Below are positions 62,813-64,000 of a stretch of DNA of 64,000 nt, one piece after another. Under the pieces are notes generated by a model. The model did not search any database. It was not told where the DNA came from and was given only the letters and a program-made list of their open reading frames with translations. The stretch comes from a virus (taxonomy: Duplodnaviria; Caudoviricetes), in IMG/VR virus record IMGVR_UViG_3300033066_002303, positions 7,078 to 71,077 of that record; one strand, given 5' to 3'. How positions within the stretch are numbered: the stretch's first letter is position 1; the number at the start of each line of letters is the position of its first letter. The position numbers were made by a program, and so were the translations under genes.

Positions 62813-63226
62813 ATGTATACAGCGCTGATGCGCGAAGCCCTGCGGCAGCGTGCTGTGGGGCATATTGAGTACGACCTGGCAAAAACCAAGTATGAGCGGC
62901 AGCTACGCAACGTATTGCTGCGCGGCTACGTGGCACCTGACGACGCTACACCCTGCCTTTACGGCGTGTTTGTCGGCAGTCGTGTCGCAGCGTTGGCCGC
63001 CACGCCACGAGAAATAAAACGCCGCGAGTGCGCCCGTCAGGTGGTACTCAACAACCAACCGGCGGTTATTCAGGTTCGTGCGTGTGTCGCTTACTGGGTG
63101 GATGGCGTAAGTAGTTCTTACGACGAACCTGCAGCGGTAGTGCCAACAGCGGAACTGGTGCAAAATGCTGCTGCGGTCGTTCGGGCTGCATGTAAACTCA
63201 GTCCCAGGACCAGCCGCTCTGCGTAA
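62813..63226 (+). CDS. Hypothetical protein; N-terminus paralogous to 63594 ORF
   Basis: RAVGHIEYDLAKTKYERQLRNVLLRGY. Confidence 0.6.
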   Translation: MYTALMREALRQRAVGHIEYDLAKTKYERQLRNVLLRGYVAPDDATPCLYGVFVGSRVAALAATPREIKRRECARQVVLNNQPAVIQVRACVAYWVDGVSSSYDEPAAVVPTAELVQNAAAVVRAACKLSPRTSRSA

Positions 63227-63274
63227 CTTGTATACAAATACCGAGTGTTTCTGTCGCTAGCTGAAAGGAGACTA

Positions 63275-63604
63275 ATGTCATTAGTCCTTACAACCGGGCC
63301 GCCGCGCTGCCCCGTGTGCCAACAAGCCACGCTGCAGCCGGGTGAACGGGTCGATGTAGGCATAGGTGCGGAGCAGGTAACGCCCGATACGTGCGATATC
63401 TGCGGGTATATTCAACCCAGCGCGTATAGCGCAGACGCACCCGACATTGACTACTTCATCAAGTGCTGGGAATTGCAAGTAGATCCTTGGGGGCAGTTGG
63501 CTGCCGCCGCTACCACAGCCAGCGCTGCGGATACTACACCCGCAGGTACAGAACAAAGGAGACTGGACAAAATCAACGCAAGCGAGGAACGAAATGGGAT
63601 TTAA
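63275..63604 (+). CDS. Small zinc-ribbon protein
   Basis: SD AAGGAG; CPVC...CDICG. Confidence 0.65.
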   Translation: MSLVLTTGPPRCPVCQQATLQPGERVDVGIGAEQVTPDTCDICGYIQPSAYSADAPDIDYFIKCWELQVDPWGQLAAAATTASAADTTPAGTEQRRLDKINASEERNGI

Positions 63605-64000
63605 CGTTGCAAAGCTCACCAAGCAGTTCAAGTCGGTGCTCGACAAGCGTGCCGTGGGGCACATTGAACGAGATCTGGCGAAAACTGCGTACGACCGCCG
63701 TATCCGGAACATGCTGCTGCGCGACTACACGCCGCCTGGTGATGACCAGCGGTCGTGCTGTCACGAGGGTACGTTCACTTCTGGCTGGTTCGTCTGGACG
63801 ACGTTCTTCCGTGATGTGTGCCACGTCGAGCTGGCCTGGGCTGAAGAGCTGGCCTACGGCGAGCAGGTGGCCGGTGAGACGTCCTGGACCTGGTACGGTC
63901 CGCGTGTCGTGGCCATGGGCGATCATCCGGTGGTGATTGGGCGGCTGGATAACAACCAGATGCACAATGACCAGGGACCGGCGTTGGGCTGGCGCGATGG
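63594..64000 (+). CDS. DUF6745-like protein, truncated by the window's right edge (not in ORF track)
   Basis: Manual translation: MGFNVAKLTKQFKSVLDKRAVGHIERDLAKTAYDRRIRNMLLRDY...WTWYGPRVVAMGDHPVVIGRLDNNQMHNDQGPALGWRDG. Confidence 0.7.
   Translation, partial: MGFNVAKLTKQFKSVLDKRAVGHIERDLAKTAYDRRIRNMLLRDYTPPGDDQRSCCHEGTFTSGWFVWTTFFRDVCHVELAWAEELAYGEQVAGETSWTWYGPRVVAMGDHPVVIGRLDNNQMHNDQGPALGWRD

Noticed and set aside
1-64000. Stop-codon reassignment (alternative genetic code), as in some large phages
   Set aside because: Conserved genes are full length under code 11, and TAA, TAG and TGA all terminate genes at coupled junctions.

Overview
A 64-kb segment of a large, GC-rich tailed dsDNA (jumbo-like) bacteriophage genome. 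Genes are densely packed, often translationally coupled, and almost all on the + strand. Left edge (minus strand): the 5' end of a terminase large subunit, probably interrupted by an intein at its Walker A motif. About 2.8-34 kb: a replication/recombination/nucleotide module (SbcD/SbcC, IS110-like protein, SF2 helicase, DnaB-like helicase, primase, UDG-like/PolA fusion, SSB-like protein with an FG/Q/P tail, RecA, ThyX, MazG-like NTP pyrophosphatase, RuvC), led by a bifunctional ADP-heptose synthase HldE and a glycosyltransferase. About 37-54.6 kb: a portal-like gene followed by a glycan island (about 7 glycosyltransferase-like genes, GmhA, HAD phosphatase, Gmd, deacetylase-methyltransferase fusion, GNAT, dNMP kinase, ADP-ribosyltransferase-like protein). 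From about 55.7 kb: a probable early-gene region behind a sigma70-like promoter. The most striking unexplained signal is a dispersed perfect palindrome, YGGTTGATATCAACCR (6 perfect 14-bp cores plus one 13/14 copy), found both between genes and inside genes in different reading frames. Candidate partners are a ParB/DUF1016-like helical DNA-binding protein and an uncalled 39-aa histone-H1-like peptide. No tRNA, rRNA or CRISPR array was seen. All family assignments come from motif recognition by eye, not from database searches.
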